64,000 bases of DNA from Myxococcota bacterium (GCA_039028615.1 JBCCHT010000008.1:160001-224000), one strand, 5' to 3'. Positions 10,181-20,909 are shown, counted from the stretch's first letter. The notes: generated by a model from the sequence alone, not told the origin. Translations and numbers: made by a program.

Positions 10181-10900
10181 ATGCTCGGCTTCCTCGTCGC
10201 TCTCGGCCTCTCCTGGCTCCTGCTCTGGTTCTTCGGGCGAGAGCCCATCACCCGCCTCGGCATTCGCCCGACCGGCCGGCGCCTGGCGGAGTTCGGGATG
10301 GGCACGCTCGTCATGGGGGTGCTGTGCGCGATCACCTTCCTGGCGCAGGCCCATTTCACGCGAATTACTCATGGCCTCAACCCCGACTACGATCTGTGGG
10401 GGGCCATCGAGGCGATCGGCTGGACGCTGCGGGCCACGCTGTTCGAGGAGCTGCTCTTTCGCGGCGCGCTGCTGTACCTGCTGATCCGAAAGCTCGGGAC
10501 CACCCGTGCTTGCCTCGCATCCGCGGTGGCCTTCGGCATCTACCACTGGTTCAGCTACGAGATGCTGGGCGGCCCGATCATCGCGCTCGTCTACGTGTTC
10601 CTGCTGACCGGCGCCGCGGGCTTCATGTTCGCCCTCGCCTTCGCCAAGACCAAGTCTCTGTACGCCTCGACCGGGCTTCACTTCGGCTGGATCGTGGTCA
10701 GCATCGTGGTGTTCTCCTCGGGGCCTCTCGGAAACCAGCTACTGCTCCCCCAGGGCGAGGCCGCCCCCTTGGACGGATGGCTGACCCTGGTGAACTTCCT
10801 GTGGCAGGCGGTCGCCGTCCCCGGGATGGTGATCCTGGCGCTCCGCAAGTGGTGGCCGCCGATCGAGGAGGAGCCCCCGGTCGCAGGCCAATCGGATTGA
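10181..10900 (+). CDS. CPBP (Abi/CAAX) intramembrane glutamic endopeptidase
   Basis: FEELLFRG, FGIYH and a downstream H motif; multiple TM helices. Confidence 0.85.
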   Translation: MLGFLVALGLSWLLLWFFGREPITRLGIRPTGRRLAEFGMGTLVMGVLCAITFLAQAHFTRITHGLNPDYDLWGAIEAIGWTLRATLFEELLFRGALLYLLIRKLGTTRACLASAVAFGIYHWFSYEMLGGPIIALVYVFLLTGAAGFMFALAFAKTKSLYASTGLHFGWIVVSIVVFSSGPLGNQLLLPQGEAAPLDGWLTLVNFLWQAVAVPGMVILALRKWWPPIEEEPPVAGQSD

Positions 10901-10960
10901 GCGCTCCGCATCGTGACCCCGAGGTCGAGTGTCACCCCTCAATCGCGATCGAGGTCGTGG

Positions 10961-12865
10961 TCAACGAGCGACGGTGACCAGCTCGGGGCGCAGCGTGTTG
11001 CAGCGCTGCGCTCCCGCATCGCTGCCGTGTCGCCGCGCCATGAACCCCCCGGTCGCCAACCCGCTCGCGCTGGGATCCGCATCTCCGCCCGGGATGCAGG
11101 TCCACAGGCTCGCGTCCCACAGCGCCCCCGAGCCCGCGTCGTCCCACGTCATGGCCGACAGACCCCGCTGCACCAAGTCGGCATGGACGCAGCGTAGGTT
11201 GGGGATCTCGGGCTCGGTGTAGCCCGCCACCGCCACCGCCCCCATGCACACGAAGCCCAGCGGCGGGATGGGATTCCAGATCGAGACGTCGTTGACCCCA
11301 CCACTGAGGGTGTCCTGCCAGATGAGCTCGAAGCCCCGCGGCGGCTGCACGAGCAGGGGGTCGTCGACGATCGACAGCGCAGGCGTGGTGGGAGCATCGT
11401 GGCCTCCGACGGCGATGTCTCCGAGCAAGGCGTAGCCCTCGGGCACGATCGGACGCCACAGCGAGACGTCGGAGAACGCCAGCGTCCCCGTGTCGTCGTA
11501 CAGCCACACCGTGTCGGTCACGCTCACCGCCTCGGCCTCGGCGGGCCCCGGCGGCAAGGTGAGGTCGGAGCCGTAGAGCCCCTCGACGACCGGACTGGCG
11601 ATCCACCCCTCGGGCTCCGGGACCTCGAGCAGCGCGAGCGCGGTGGCGGCGATGTCCCAGATCCTCAGGTCGCGCTCGATGAGTCCCGCGCCCGATTGCG
11701 GCGCCCGCATGAGGAAGGGCGTCGCCCGCTCGCCTCGCGTGTCTGCGCCATGGCTGAAGCCCTCGCCCCCGTGATCGGAGCTGACCAGGATCGCGGTGTA
11801 GGGCCACATGCCCGCGTCCTCCAGCGAGGTCCTCAGCTGACCGACCAGATCGTCCGCCGTCTCGATCGCATCGAGATAGCCGCCCGAGCCCCAGGTGGTG
11901 GAGTGCCCCGCCCCGTCGACGTGGTCGATGTGCACGAACAGCAGCGTCGGCAGCTCGCCCTCGAGCCACGCCGTGGCCGCGTCCATGGTGTCCTGCTCGT
12001 CGCCGGGATGCTCGATGTGATCGGCCACGCCCGGCTCGGTGAGGCGAGCGAAGTCCGACCAGTCGTGGAAGATGCCGATGGTCGCGTCCGGCTGGTGCTG
12101 CCGAAGCGCGGCGAACATCGTCGCGGGCGGGCTGGAGTCGCCCGGCTGCCAGCCATTGGAGAGCACCCCGTGCTGCTGCGGACCCGCGCCGCCGATCATC
12201 GACATCCAGTTGGTGCTGCTCGAGGTCGGCAGTGCATCCTGCATGTCCAGGGTCCAGCGAGACTCGTCGCGCAAGGCATCCAGCGCGGGCGTGTCGGCGA
12301 CGTCGAACCACTCGCCGCCGAAGCCATCGATCCCCAAGAGCACCACGTGCCGGATGGGGGTCACACAGCGCACCACGATGTCCTCGATGTCGGCGCCTGC
12401 GACCGTGCCCTCGCCCCCGATCACCGTGCAGGTCTGATCGGGCCCGATCGGCTGCACCTGCACCTGCACGGCATAGTCGTCGCCGTCGTCCACGATGCTC
12501 GGAAACGTGAAGGGGCCGTCGGCGTCGAGGGTCAGCGCATCCTCACCGTTGATGATCTCGACCGTGGCGCCCTGCAGCCCCTCGAGCGCCCCGCCGACCG
12601 TGTGCTGCCCGGGGCCGGTCTCCTCGCCGCTGGTCGTCGCGCCCGACTCGGCCGCACTGGTCGCGACGGCGGTCGTCTCGTCGAGCCCCGAAGGCTCGGT
12701 CGTCGGCGCGTCGGTGGTGCTCGTGGGTGCGGTCGAGCCCGAGGAACCCTGTTGGCCGCCGTCGGCGGCATCATCCGCACCGCACCCCACCGACACCGCC
12801 AGCGCCACCGCCCACGCGCTTCGACTCGCCCCCGCCTTCGCGTCCCCCATGCCCTCGCTCGTCAT
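10961..12865 (-). CDS. Lipoprotein: alkaline phosphatase/NPP-superfamily domain fused to a Vps62-like domain
   Basis: Lipobox SVGC. Phosphatase motifs VVLLGIDG, PTSSSTNW, DHVDGAGH and SSDHGG. C-terminal repeats S.W.P..P.G...LG / WDD.GSG. Confidence 0.75.
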   Translation of the reverse strand: MTSEGMGDAKAGASRSAWAVALAVSVGCGADDAADGGQQGSSGSTAPTSTTDAPTTEPSGLDETTAVATSAAESGATTSGEETGPGQHTVGGALEGLQGATVEIINGEDALTLDADGPFTFPSIVDDGDDYAVQVQVQPIGPDQTCTVIGGEGTVAGADIEDIVVRCVTPIRHVVLLGIDGFGGEWFDVADTPALDALRDESRWTLDMQDALPTSSSTNWMSMIGGAGPQQHGVLSNGWQPGDSSPPATMFAALRQHQPDATIGIFHDWSDFARLTEPGVADHIEHPGDEQDTMDAATAWLEGELPTLLFVHIDHVDGAGHSTTWGSGGYLDAIETADDLVGQLRTSLEDAGMWPYTAILVSSDHGGEGFSHGADTRGERATPFLMRAPQSGAGLIERDLRIWDIAATALALLEVPEPEGWIASPVVEGLYGSDLTLPPGPAEAEAVSVTDTVWLYDDTGTLAFSDVSLWRPIVPEGYALLGDIAVGGHDAPTTPALSIVDDPLLVQPPRGFELIWQDTLSGGVNDVSIWNPIPPLGFVCMGAVAVAGYTEPEIPNLRCVHADLVQRGLSAMTWDDAGSGALWDASLWTCIPGGDADPSASGLATGGFMARRHGSDAGAQRCNTLRPELVTVAR

Positions 12866-12993
12866 CCGTTCAAGGGTGCCAGAGTCCTCGCCGCGACGGG
12901 GCCGCGACGCAATTGCGCATTGAACGCGCGTCCGATCGAGGGTATCCACCTGACGACTTCGAACGAGTCCTGCGGGACCATCGGACGACCGTA

Positions 12994-15291
12994 GTGCGCT
13001 CGCGTCGTACATCCGCCGCGGCCCTCGTCGCCGCCGGGATTGCCCTGGCCACACCGGCCACGTCCCGCGCAGCTCCAGAGGAGACCGACACCGCCGCGCT
13101 CACCGAGGCTGCGCCGTCGGACCCGAGCGACCTGCCTCCCGCGCCGCTGGAAACCATCGAGGCGCCCGAACCCGAAGACGAGTCGTCCCGAGTCGTTCGC
13201 GTGGGTCGACGGCGGCCGAAGATCTCCGAAGCCGGCCGCTCCGCGACGGTGGTCACACGCGAGGAGATCGAGCAAAAGCTGCCCCGCTCCGCCCCCGACG
13301 CGCTCAAGGGCGAACCCGGCATCTACCTCCAGCAAACCGCCCACGGCCAGGGCTCGCCCTACTTGCGCGGCCTGACCGGCCAACAGACGGTGATGTTCTT
13401 CGACGGGGTTCGGGTCAACAACAGCACCTTTCGCCAGGGGCCCAACCAGTACTTTTTCACCATCGACGCGCGCACGATCCAAAAGCTCGAGATCCTGCGC
13501 GGCAGTGCGTCGACCCGCTACGGCTCCGACGCGATCGGCGGGGCGCTGCTCAGCACGCCGATCGACCCGACCATGACCGTCGGCGACAAGCCGTGGACGG
13601 TCCACCCCCGCGTGATCACCCGCTTCACCACCGCGGATGCGGAGATCGGCGGCCGGGCGCAGGTCGACCTGTCGTATCGCGGCAAGCTCGGCATCTTCAC
13701 CGGGGTCGGCTATCGCAACGTGGGGCAGCTGCGCTCGGGCGGCCGGGTCATCGCCCCCGCCACCGGCCAGCCTCAGAACGTTCCGCCCGCGTTCGAGGCG
13801 GACGACGAGACCCAGCGCGGCACCGGGTTTCGCGAGCTGACCTCCGACGCCCGAATCGTCTACCAGCCCCGCACGCGTTACCGCTTCACGCTCGGCTACT
13901 ACGACTACCGCCAGTTCGACGTCCCGCGCACCGACAAGTGCCCTCCGCCCACCGCCCCCGAGGACGAGTGCCTGCGCTACCTCCAGCAGTTCCGCACCCT
14001 GGCCTACGGCGCCTTCGATGCCACCTCGGGCCCCAAGGCGGCCGAGACCGTGCGGATGACCTTGAGCTACCAAAACCAGCACGAACGTCGGCAGCTCACC
14101 GTGGGCTCGCCCTCGCTCACCGAAAACCACGGTGACGACGACGTGCACAGCCTGGGCACGGGGCTGCGCATCGACACCCACGAGTTCGAGCTGGGCAAGT
14201 GGGTCACGCTCAAGGGGCGCTACGGCGCGGACGCCTACCTCGATCTCATCGACAGCGAGGCCTGGGTGTTCTTCCGCGACGTCCAGATCCGCTCCGACGT
14301 CTCGCGTGGGCAGTACCTCGACGGCGGCCGCTACCTGAGCTCGGGGCTGTGGGCGGACGCCGAGTTCACCTTCATCGATGCCATTCACCTGCGCGGCGGC
14401 GGCCGGGGGGCGCTCATCCACGGCAAGGCCGATGGCGACGCCGAGTCCGAGTCGGCCCCCATCGACAGCACCTGGGCCACCCCGGTCGGGCACGTGGGCT
14501 TCACCGTCGACCCCGTGCAGTGGCTTTCCTTCCACGGCAACGTCGACCAGGGCTTTCGCGCGCCCAACATGGACGACCTGACCTCGCGGCAGCAGACGGG
14601 CCCCGGCTTTCAGTTCGAAAACCCCGACCTCGATCCAGAGCGCTCCCTGTCCACCGAGATCGGCCTGACCATCGATCACCCCTGGATCGAGATCTCGGCG
14701 TGGGGCTATCAGACGCGCATTCGCGACCTCGTCGGTCGAGCGCCCCGCCAGGTCGAGGATTGCCCCGCCAACGCCTCCGGCTGCGACTCGTCGCAGACCC
14801 GCTTCCAGCTCGTCAACCTCGACGGCTTCGCCTTCGTCCGCGGCACCGACGTCGACCTGCGCGTCTACCTGCCCTTCGATCTCCGCCTACGCAACACCCT
14901 CTCGTACGCGTGGGGCGACGGCCCCAACCCCATCGCCGACATCGGCGACGACCAGCCCGCGCGCACGCCCCTGTCGCGCATCCCCCCGCTCAACGGCATG
15001 GCCGAGGTCGGCTGGCAGGGCGGCAGCACGGGACTCTACGTCTACGGCGTCGTGCGCTGGGCCCAAGCGCAAACCCGGCTCGCCCTCGCCGACACCGTCG
15101 ACGTACGCATCCCCTTGGGCGGCACCCCCGGCTACACCGTGTTCGACGTCCGCGCGGGCTACCGACTCGACCGACGCATGCTCATCGCCGCCGTGTTCGA
15201 GAACATCGGCGACGCGGCCTATCGGCACCACGGCTCGAGCGTCAACGGAGCGGGCCGAGGCCTGTCCCTGCAGCTCGAGTTCGGGTTCTAG
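12994..15291 (+). CDS. TonB-dependent outer membrane receptor
   Basis: Plug motifs (PYLRGL, DGVRVN, EILRGSASTRYGSDAIGG), GFRAPN, NPDLDPE, ENIGD..Y and a terminal Phe. The GTG start is inferred. Confidence 0.9.
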   Translation: MRSRRTSAAALVAAGIALATPATSRAAPEETDTAALTEAAPSDPSDLPPAPLETIEAPEPEDESSRVVRVGRRRPKISEAGRSATVVTREEIEQKLPRSAPDALKGEPGIYLQQTAHGQGSPYLRGLTGQQTVMFFDGVRVNNSTFRQGPNQYFFTIDARTIQKLEILRGSASTRYGSDAIGGALLSTPIDPTMTVGDKPWTVHPRVITRFTTADAEIGGRAQVDLSYRGKLGIFTGVGYRNVGQLRSGGRVIAPATGQPQNVPPAFEADDETQRGTGFRELTSDARIVYQPRTRYRFTLGYYDYRQFDVPRTDKCPPPTAPEDECLRYLQQFRTLAYGAFDATSGPKAAETVRMTLSYQNQHERRQLTVGSPSLTENHGDDDVHSLGTGLRIDTHEFELGKWVTLKGRYGADAYLDLIDSEAWVFFRDVQIRSDVSRGQYLDGGRYLSSGLWADAEFTFIDAIHLRGGGRGALIHGKADGDAESESAPIDSTWATPVGHVGFTVDPVQWLSFHGNVDQGFRAPNMDDLTSRQQTGPGFQFENPDLDPERSLSTEIGLTIDHPWIEISAWGYQTRIRDLVGRAPRQVEDCPANASGCDSSQTRFQLVNLDGFAFVRGTDVDLRVYLPFDLRLRNTLSYAWGDGPNPIADIGDDQPARTPLSRIPPLNGMAEVGWQGGSTGLYVYGVVRWAQAQTRLALADTVDVRIPLGGTPGYTVFDVRAGYRLDRRMLIAAVFENIGDAAYRHHGSSVNGAGRGLSLQLEFGF

Positions 15292-16402
15292 CGGATTTCT
15301 GAGGCCCTTGGAGACGAGTTCGGTCGAGCGACGGTCGTTTCGCCGTGAAGTGGCACTACCCCCTCATGAACCAGCTCCGCTCTTGGTTGCCCCGCCGGAT
15401 CCCGGCCGTGTCGGTCACGGTATTCGGTCTGACGCCGGCCGGTTGCAACTAAATTGCTGACCGGGCCCGAGGACAACTACTCCGAGGGCGGCTGCTTGAT
15501 CGGTACCCAGTGCCCAACGGCCAGTGTCTTGCCGCTGCTCGGATGGAGCGAGGACATTTGCTGCGGCTTCGGTGGCGAATGCTTTGCTTGTCACGACCCC
15601 CTGGTATGGCGGGATGGTCGGATTCTCCCGACGGCACCTGTGCATGGTCGAGAGAACAGCGCTGAGAGCATGGCGGCGCATGTGCAACAGGCGGCGCCTC
15701 GGGCACGGACGGAGGCTCGAGCGGCTCGGAGTCCGGCGACTTGGGGGAGACCGAAACCGAGACAGGGACCAAAGGAACGTCGGAAACCCTCAAGGTCACG
15801 TCCGGCGATGAACCCATGGGCTCCGGGACCGACGAGAGTACGGACACCGATGGCGAGGCCGACGCGAGCACGGGCGGCTCCAGCGACGACGCGATGGAGA
15901 TCGGCAGCTCGGGCACTACCGATCTGGGGGCAACTCGAACGCCAGCGGATGCTTGCGGAGCAGCGCCGCGGTGGATTCGTTGAGCACCGGTTCTTCGCGT
16001 CGACGGAATCATCGGCCATGCGAGCGGTTAGAACGTGAGCACGCAAGGGTCCGTTACCAGGGTTGCCCGCCCCTCGAACACTCGGCTTCGCAACTATCTG
16101 TTCCATGGAACTCGGAGCAAAGATGACTCCATGCGCTCCAGGTTGTTCGTGGACCCCCCTACGATCGGTGCAGGTAGCGCTCACACGCCAACGCTCATAG
16201 AGGCGCAGTGGCCCGATAACGCACCGACGATGCGTTCATCCCCGAAACTTCCGTGAAACACTGCACCTTCAGGGCTGTGTGGTAGATAACGTCTATCGAG
16301 AGCGCGCAGGTATTGCCCTGGAACGGGGAGATTCTACGTTCTCCTTGAAGACCGCGGCGGCGTTCACGTACGATTCCCTCACCGCTGGACAGGAAGCGCG
16401 AT

Positions 16403-16642
16403 ATGGACATCAACACCCGACGTACCCGGCACATCGCGCTCATCAACCTCTGGAAAACAATCCGGCGCAAGGCCAGCCCGCAGATGTTCCACGCGGAGCT
16501 CAACCTCTTGCCCGATGAGGATCGTCGCGTCGTACAGGCCGTGGTGTTGGGCCAAACCGACGCGTTCGATGACAGCCAAGAACTCCAGGTGCTGAGGGAG
16601 GCAACCAACACGCCTTCCGCCGGCATGGCCATCACGGGATAG
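16403..16642 (+). CDS. Small hypothetical protein
   Basis: 79 aa with an AGGAAG RBS and natural-looking composition; convergent with the next gene. Confidence 0.5.
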   Translation: MDINTRRTRHIALINLWKTIRRKASPQMFHAELNLLPDEDRRVVQAVVLGQTDAFDDSQELQVLREATNTPSAGMAITG

Positions 16643-16674
16643 GGTCGCACCTTCTCGTGGAGGTGGGCCTTTAC

Positions 16675-18483
16675 TCATCCTTCGAGTTCAGCCTTCGTGA
16701 TTCGGCGAGCAACGGCTGCTTTCGAAATCGACTGAAAACCGCCGAACACAGGAAACGAAGCGTAGCCATCATCCGACCTACCGTCGGATGACCACTCCGG
16801 TCCGTGTTTGATCGATAGGCTCAGCACACCGCCGACGGCGTCGTCTCCGATCGCGAGTTCCCGCTCGCCGAAGTGAACGTCGTGCCACAAGGCGATGACC
16901 CCGGACATGTCCCGTTCGGTTTCGACGTTGCCTCGAGTCAGCCTCGACATGCCGAGACTGGTGAGCGTGAGAACCGAGCTTCCCGGGTCGTCGGACAAAA
17001 CCGACGCGTAGCGAGCCGACCAGCGACTACGAAGTTGTGGCCCATCCATGAGCAACGCGAACACCAGGTGTGGGCCCACCGCACGGACGATCTCCGTCAC
17101 ATCGTCCTGCCGAGCCAGATCCTCGCAGATCAGAACACAAAATGTCAGAGATGGACTGGGGCTAAAGAAGGTCAGTCGGCGGCTCTTGAAGTCGTTGTAC
17201 TCCCAGCAATCCTTGGTCGAAGGAAGCCGCCCTCCCAGACCGTATGCGAGGATCTGACTTCGATCGAGGCACCATCGATGTCGCTTATTCTGGAAGAAGT
17301 TCGGCGCACACCCGAAGTTGATCGCGGCCGCGTTTTGTGTCGCCAGAGGATCCTTCTCGTTATAGCCGTGGACCCCGGAGATGAGCAGCAACTTCTTCTC
17401 GCGCGCCACTTCGAACGCCAAGTCGAACTCGCCCGCTGACAACGCGAGTTCTGGGAACACGACGCCGTCGAGCTTGCCGCAGGCGGAGCGCGCTTCTTCG
17501 ATCGATTGTTCGAGCGCAATGCGGAAGTCCTCTTCCTCGGTAAGACCCGCCAAGGGCCCTTTCCGATCGAACTCGAAATACCGGAAGCGCTCGGGCAGCC
17601 CGACGCTCTCTTTGTCGAGCGTACGAAAATCAGTCGGGTGCAGAGTCAAGGGCCACGGCAACAACAATAGGTTCATGACCGTGCGGTCGGCGAAGAGTGG
17701 ACCCGCACCACCCGGCGGCTGTGGCGTCCACAGCGTCGCGATCTCGCGGGAGCGGCAGAGCGCGAGGTTGTGGGACAACGATCGAAGCGTGAGGCCCCGC
17801 TGCGGGATATGTTGTTTGGGCAATACGACCACTCGATCCGTGGGCACTGCTCCGCATAGCGAATGCGCTTCGCCCTCCGGTCGGTGCACCCCGACCAGCA
17901 ACGCAATGACGAATTTCTGAAGGTCACCGAGTTCTTCATCCTCCAGCGCAACAAGGCCACGACCGTCATGGACATGTCTTCCATCGTGAAAGTAGCCCCC
18001 GATCCCGAAGCCGGCCGAGGCCTGGTCCGCGATGGCACATAGCTGCACGAGGCAATCCGCAACTTCGGGATCGCCTTCGGAGACAGGCAAAACCTTCTTC
18101 ACCGCCAGGGTCCGGTGCTTCATCAACGTCTGCCATCTCGCCTCTACGGCCGCGGGCAGACAGTCATCGAAGGTCTCCAGCTTGATGATGGGTGCCGACT
18201 CGGCTCGGTCACACAAGTCCAAGTGCCACCCATTGCCGACACGCGCAGCGTATTTCGGCCACGAGATCATGGGTGGCGCCTCCCCTTCCGCGACCGTCAC
18301 CTCGTCATCGGGCAGATCGAGCTGACAAACCTCGATGCTCCTCAGATAGGCACCACTGGCCGCGAGCAGGCTCGCCGTGATGGCGAACAGATCTGGAGGC
18401 CAACTCGGACAAACATGAGGGGAAAAGCCTGGGAAGAGACTACGAATGAGTTCTTCGATCGTCTGGTGAGGATCGTCGGACAT
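16675..18483 (-). CDS. Carbon-nitrogen hydrolase (nitrilase)-fold protein with N-terminal extension
   Basis: Triad-like motifs VFPELAL (E), QNKRHRW (K) and LICEDL (C); codon usage visibly less GC-biased than the neighbours. Confidence 0.65.
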   Translation of the reverse strand: MSDDPHQTIEELIRSLFPGFSPHVCPSWPPDLFAITASLLAASGAYLRSIEVCQLDLPDDEVTVAEGEAPPMISWPKYAARVGNGWHLDLCDRAESAPIIKLETFDDCLPAAVEARWQTLMKHRTLAVKKVLPVSEGDPEVADCLVQLCAIADQASAGFGIGGYFHDGRHVHDGRGLVALEDEELGDLQKFVIALLVGVHRPEGEAHSLCGAVPTDRVVVLPKQHIPQRGLTLRSLSHNLALCRSREIATLWTPQPPGGAGPLFADRTVMNLLLLPWPLTLHPTDFRTLDKESVGLPERFRYFEFDRKGPLAGLTEEEDFRIALEQSIEEARSACGKLDGVVFPELALSAGEFDLAFEVAREKKLLLISGVHGYNEKDPLATQNAAAINFGCAPNFFQNKRHRWCLDRSQILAYGLGGRLPSTKDCWEYNDFKSRRLTFFSPSPSLTFCVLICEDLARQDDVTEIVRAVGPHLVFALLMDGPQLRSRWSARYASVLSDDPGSSVLTLTSLGMSRLTRGNVETERDMSGVIALWHDVHFGERELAIGDDAVGGVLSLSIKHGPEWSSDGRSDDGYASFPVFGGFQSISKAAVARRITKAELEG

Positions 18484-18557
18484 CGTGATGACTTTAGCAC
18501 TGAGACCATTGCTCAAAGCATGGACCCTTTAGTGCCAATGAGTGCGACCACGAATCT

Positions 18558-19841
18558 CTACTCGAAGACCAGCGGGTGCGTGCCGAGCAGCGCCGCGGTG
18601 GGCTCGTTGAGCACCTTCGCATCACCGCTGAGCACCAGCCGCCCTTCGGCATCGATCCGTCGCTCCACCGTCCAGCGGGTCGTGTCCATCCCCTCGCTCG
18701 TGCTTCGTTGGGACTCCGACGCCCGCGGCAACGCGCCCGTGCAGCGCACCACCCCGGAGGCGCCCAGGCCACACAGGAACTCGACCCGGTCGATCTCCGC
18801 CCCCTGCTCCACGCCGGCCTCCTCCTCGGACCATCGCGTCTCGATCTCGAGGACCACTTCAGCGTCTCCGCCACCGACCAACTCCTCGATGGCGGCGGAG
18901 AGCCGGGTCGCTCGCTCCTGGGTCTCGGGCAAGTCACGCGCCAGCGAGGCGACGTCGGGCAGGACCCACCAGCCCTCGGCCGTCCGCAACGCGGCATGAA
19001 AGCGCACCGCATAGGGGTCGGGCCGGGTCTCGATGAAGCGCAGCGCCTTCCACGGCGCGCTCACCCGACCCCGGCCCGGCACCTGCACCGCCTTGCCGCC
19101 GATGCCCTTGGCCGCGTCGGGGACACAGCCGAAGGCGGCCTCGTCCTCCTCGCCGAGCATGCGCCGCTCCTGCGCACAGAAGCTGGCCACGCTGTCATAG
19201 GGACCCTGCAAGCGCTGGATGCTGGGGCCGAACACGTAGCGGGTCCCGTCGGGCAGGCCCATCAGGTGCCGATAGGCCGCGGGGTGCGGGCGCAGCCGCA
19301 GGGACTCCTGGTAGGCCAACAGCGCGTCCTTGGGCCGCGACTGCGCCTCGGCCACCCGCCCCAGGTTGTACAGGATGGAGGCATGGAGCCGTCGCTGGCC
19401 TCGCGCCCCTCGCTCGGCCTCCTCGAGGGCGCGCTGGGCCTCGTCGAGCCGACCGGCGAACAACGCGGCCCAGCCCTGCTCACTCAGCGTCCGCGGATCG
19501 CCCGGGGCCACCTTCAGCGCGCGGGCAAACGCGTGGAAGGCCGCGAGGTAGTCGCCGTCGCGATGCAGCCGTCGGCCCTCGGCGACCGCATTGAGGTGGG
19601 CACGGCGCTCGGTGGGGCTCAGCGCTTCGACCGACTTGGACGGCGTGTCCTCGATCGACGGGTCCGTCGGCTCGGGCGGGAGCTCGGGCTCGGGCCGGGC
19701 CGCGGGCTCCGGGGCGGGCTTGGCCTCGGGCTCGGGCCGGGCGGGACGCGGGCGCGGCCGGGACTCCGCCTCACAGCCGAGACCGCCTCCTTCCGCCAGC
19801 AACAGCGCCCCCAGCAGCGCAACCCCGCAAAGCCCCCGCAT
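18558..19841 (-). CDS. Exported tetratricopeptide-repeat protein
   Basis: Signal-like MRGLCGVALLGALLL, Pro-rich linker and TPRs (ILYNLGRVAEAQ...AYQESLRLRP). Confidence 0.75.
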   Translation of the reverse strand: MRGLCGVALLGALLLAEGGGLGCEAESRPRPRPARPEPEAKPAPEPAARPEPELPPEPTDPSIEDTPSKSVEALSPTERRAHLNAVAEGRRLHRDGDYLAAFHAFARALKVAPGDPRTLSEQGWAALFAGRLDEAQRALEEAERGARGQRRLHASILYNLGRVAEAQSRPKDALLAYQESLRLRPHPAAYRHLMGLPDGTRYVFGPSIQRLQGPYDSVASFCAQERRMLGEEDEAAFGCVPDAAKGIGGKAVQVPGRGRVSAPWKALRFIETRPDPYAVRFHAALRTAEGWWVLPDVASLARDLPETQERATRLSAAIEELVGGGDAEVVLEIETRWSEEEAGVEQGAEIDRVEFLCGLGASGVVRCTGALPRASESQRSTSEGMDTTRWTVERRIDAEGRLVLSGDAKVLNEPTAALLGTHPLVFE

Positions 19842-19923
19842 GCTCCCCCCCTTCGTTTCACGATCGATCGGCGGACGCAAGCCCGGGCGAAGCTCGGGGC
19901 CAAGGCGAGGTAGCATCCCCGGG

Positions 19924-20907
19924 ATGGCTGCGTCCCCGCCCCGGCAAGAGCCGGACATGCCCGACCTCGACGGCTGGGGGCGCTCGAATCGACTTTGGCT
20001 GACCGTCTCGTTGAGCATGGTGGTCCTGCTGGGAGTCGCGGCGTGGCTCGTGGCCTTCGATACGGACCAACCCCTCCCGCCCTTCCTGCGACCGGGAGGA
20101 AAAGAGGTCACTGAAGCGTCACCCGCCGTCGCGACCACCGATGGGCTGCGCCTGGCCGGCTCGGGCTCCAACCTCCCCATGGCCCGGGCGCTGAGCGCCG
20201 CGTTTCCGCGGGACGAGTCGCACCACCCCGTGGTCCACGCGAGCATCGGCTCGGGCGGCGGGGTGCGGGCCCTGCTCGACGGGGTCATCGACATCGCCCT
20301 GGTCTCGCGCCCCCTCCGCGAACACGAGCGCGAGCAGGGCCTCGTGGCGACCCCCTACGCCCGCGTCCCCATCGTGGTGGCGGCGCACGCCAGCGTGCCC
20401 ATCGACGACCTCGCCCGCGAGGACCTGGTCGCGCTGTACGAAGGGCGCCAGCGCACCTGGCCCAATGGCGCTCGCGTGGTCGTCCTCCAACGCGAGCGCG
20501 GAGACTCGTCGCATGTCGGCGTCTCGCGGGTGCTGCCGAGCTTCGACGACGCCAACGAGGTGGCCTATCGCGAGTCCCGCTGGCGCGTGCTGTACCGCGA
20601 CGACGCCATGCGCGAGGCCCTGGCCGATACGCGGGGGGCAATCGGGCTGTTCGGACAGGGCAAGATCCCCGAGGGGCTGCCCATCCACGGCCTGACGATC
20701 GAAGGGGTGATGCCGTCGCCCGCCACCATCGAAAACGGAGACTATCCCTTCACCAAGGACTTCGCGTTCGTGACCCGGGGTACGCCGCGGGGTGAGACCG
20801 CCGCCTTCATCGAGTTCGCACGCTCCCCCGAGGGGCGGCGGATCATCCTCGAGCTGGGCGGACTACCCCTGCAGGGTCGCCGAAACGCCGCCACGGAGGA
20901 GCGCTGA
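19924..20907 (+). CDS. PstS-like periplasmic substrate-binding protein
   Basis: LAGSGSN, SIGSGGG, DIALVSRPL, RERGDSS and YPF motifs; N-terminal TM anchor. Confidence 0.8.
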   Translation: MAASPPRQEPDMPDLDGWGRSNRLWLTVSLSMVVLLGVAAWLVAFDTDQPLPPFLRPGGKEVTEASPAVATTDGLRLAGSGSNLPMARALSAAFPRDESHHPVVHASIGSGGGVRALLDGVIDIALVSRPLREHEREQGLVATPYARVPIVVAAHASVPIDDLAREDLVALYEGRQRTWPNGARVVVLQRERGDSSHVGVSRVLPSFDDANEVAYRESRWRVLYRDDAMREALADTRGAIGLFGQGKIPEGLPIHGLTIEGVMPSPATIENGDYPFTKDFAFVTRGTPRGETAAFIEFARSPEGRRIILELGGLPLQGRRNAATEER

Positions 20908-20909
20908 GC

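Noticed and set aside
10181..10900. CPBP protease as the RiPP leader peptidase or immunity gene
   Set aside because: It lies about 24 kb from the cluster among unrelated genes, so no link can be supported.
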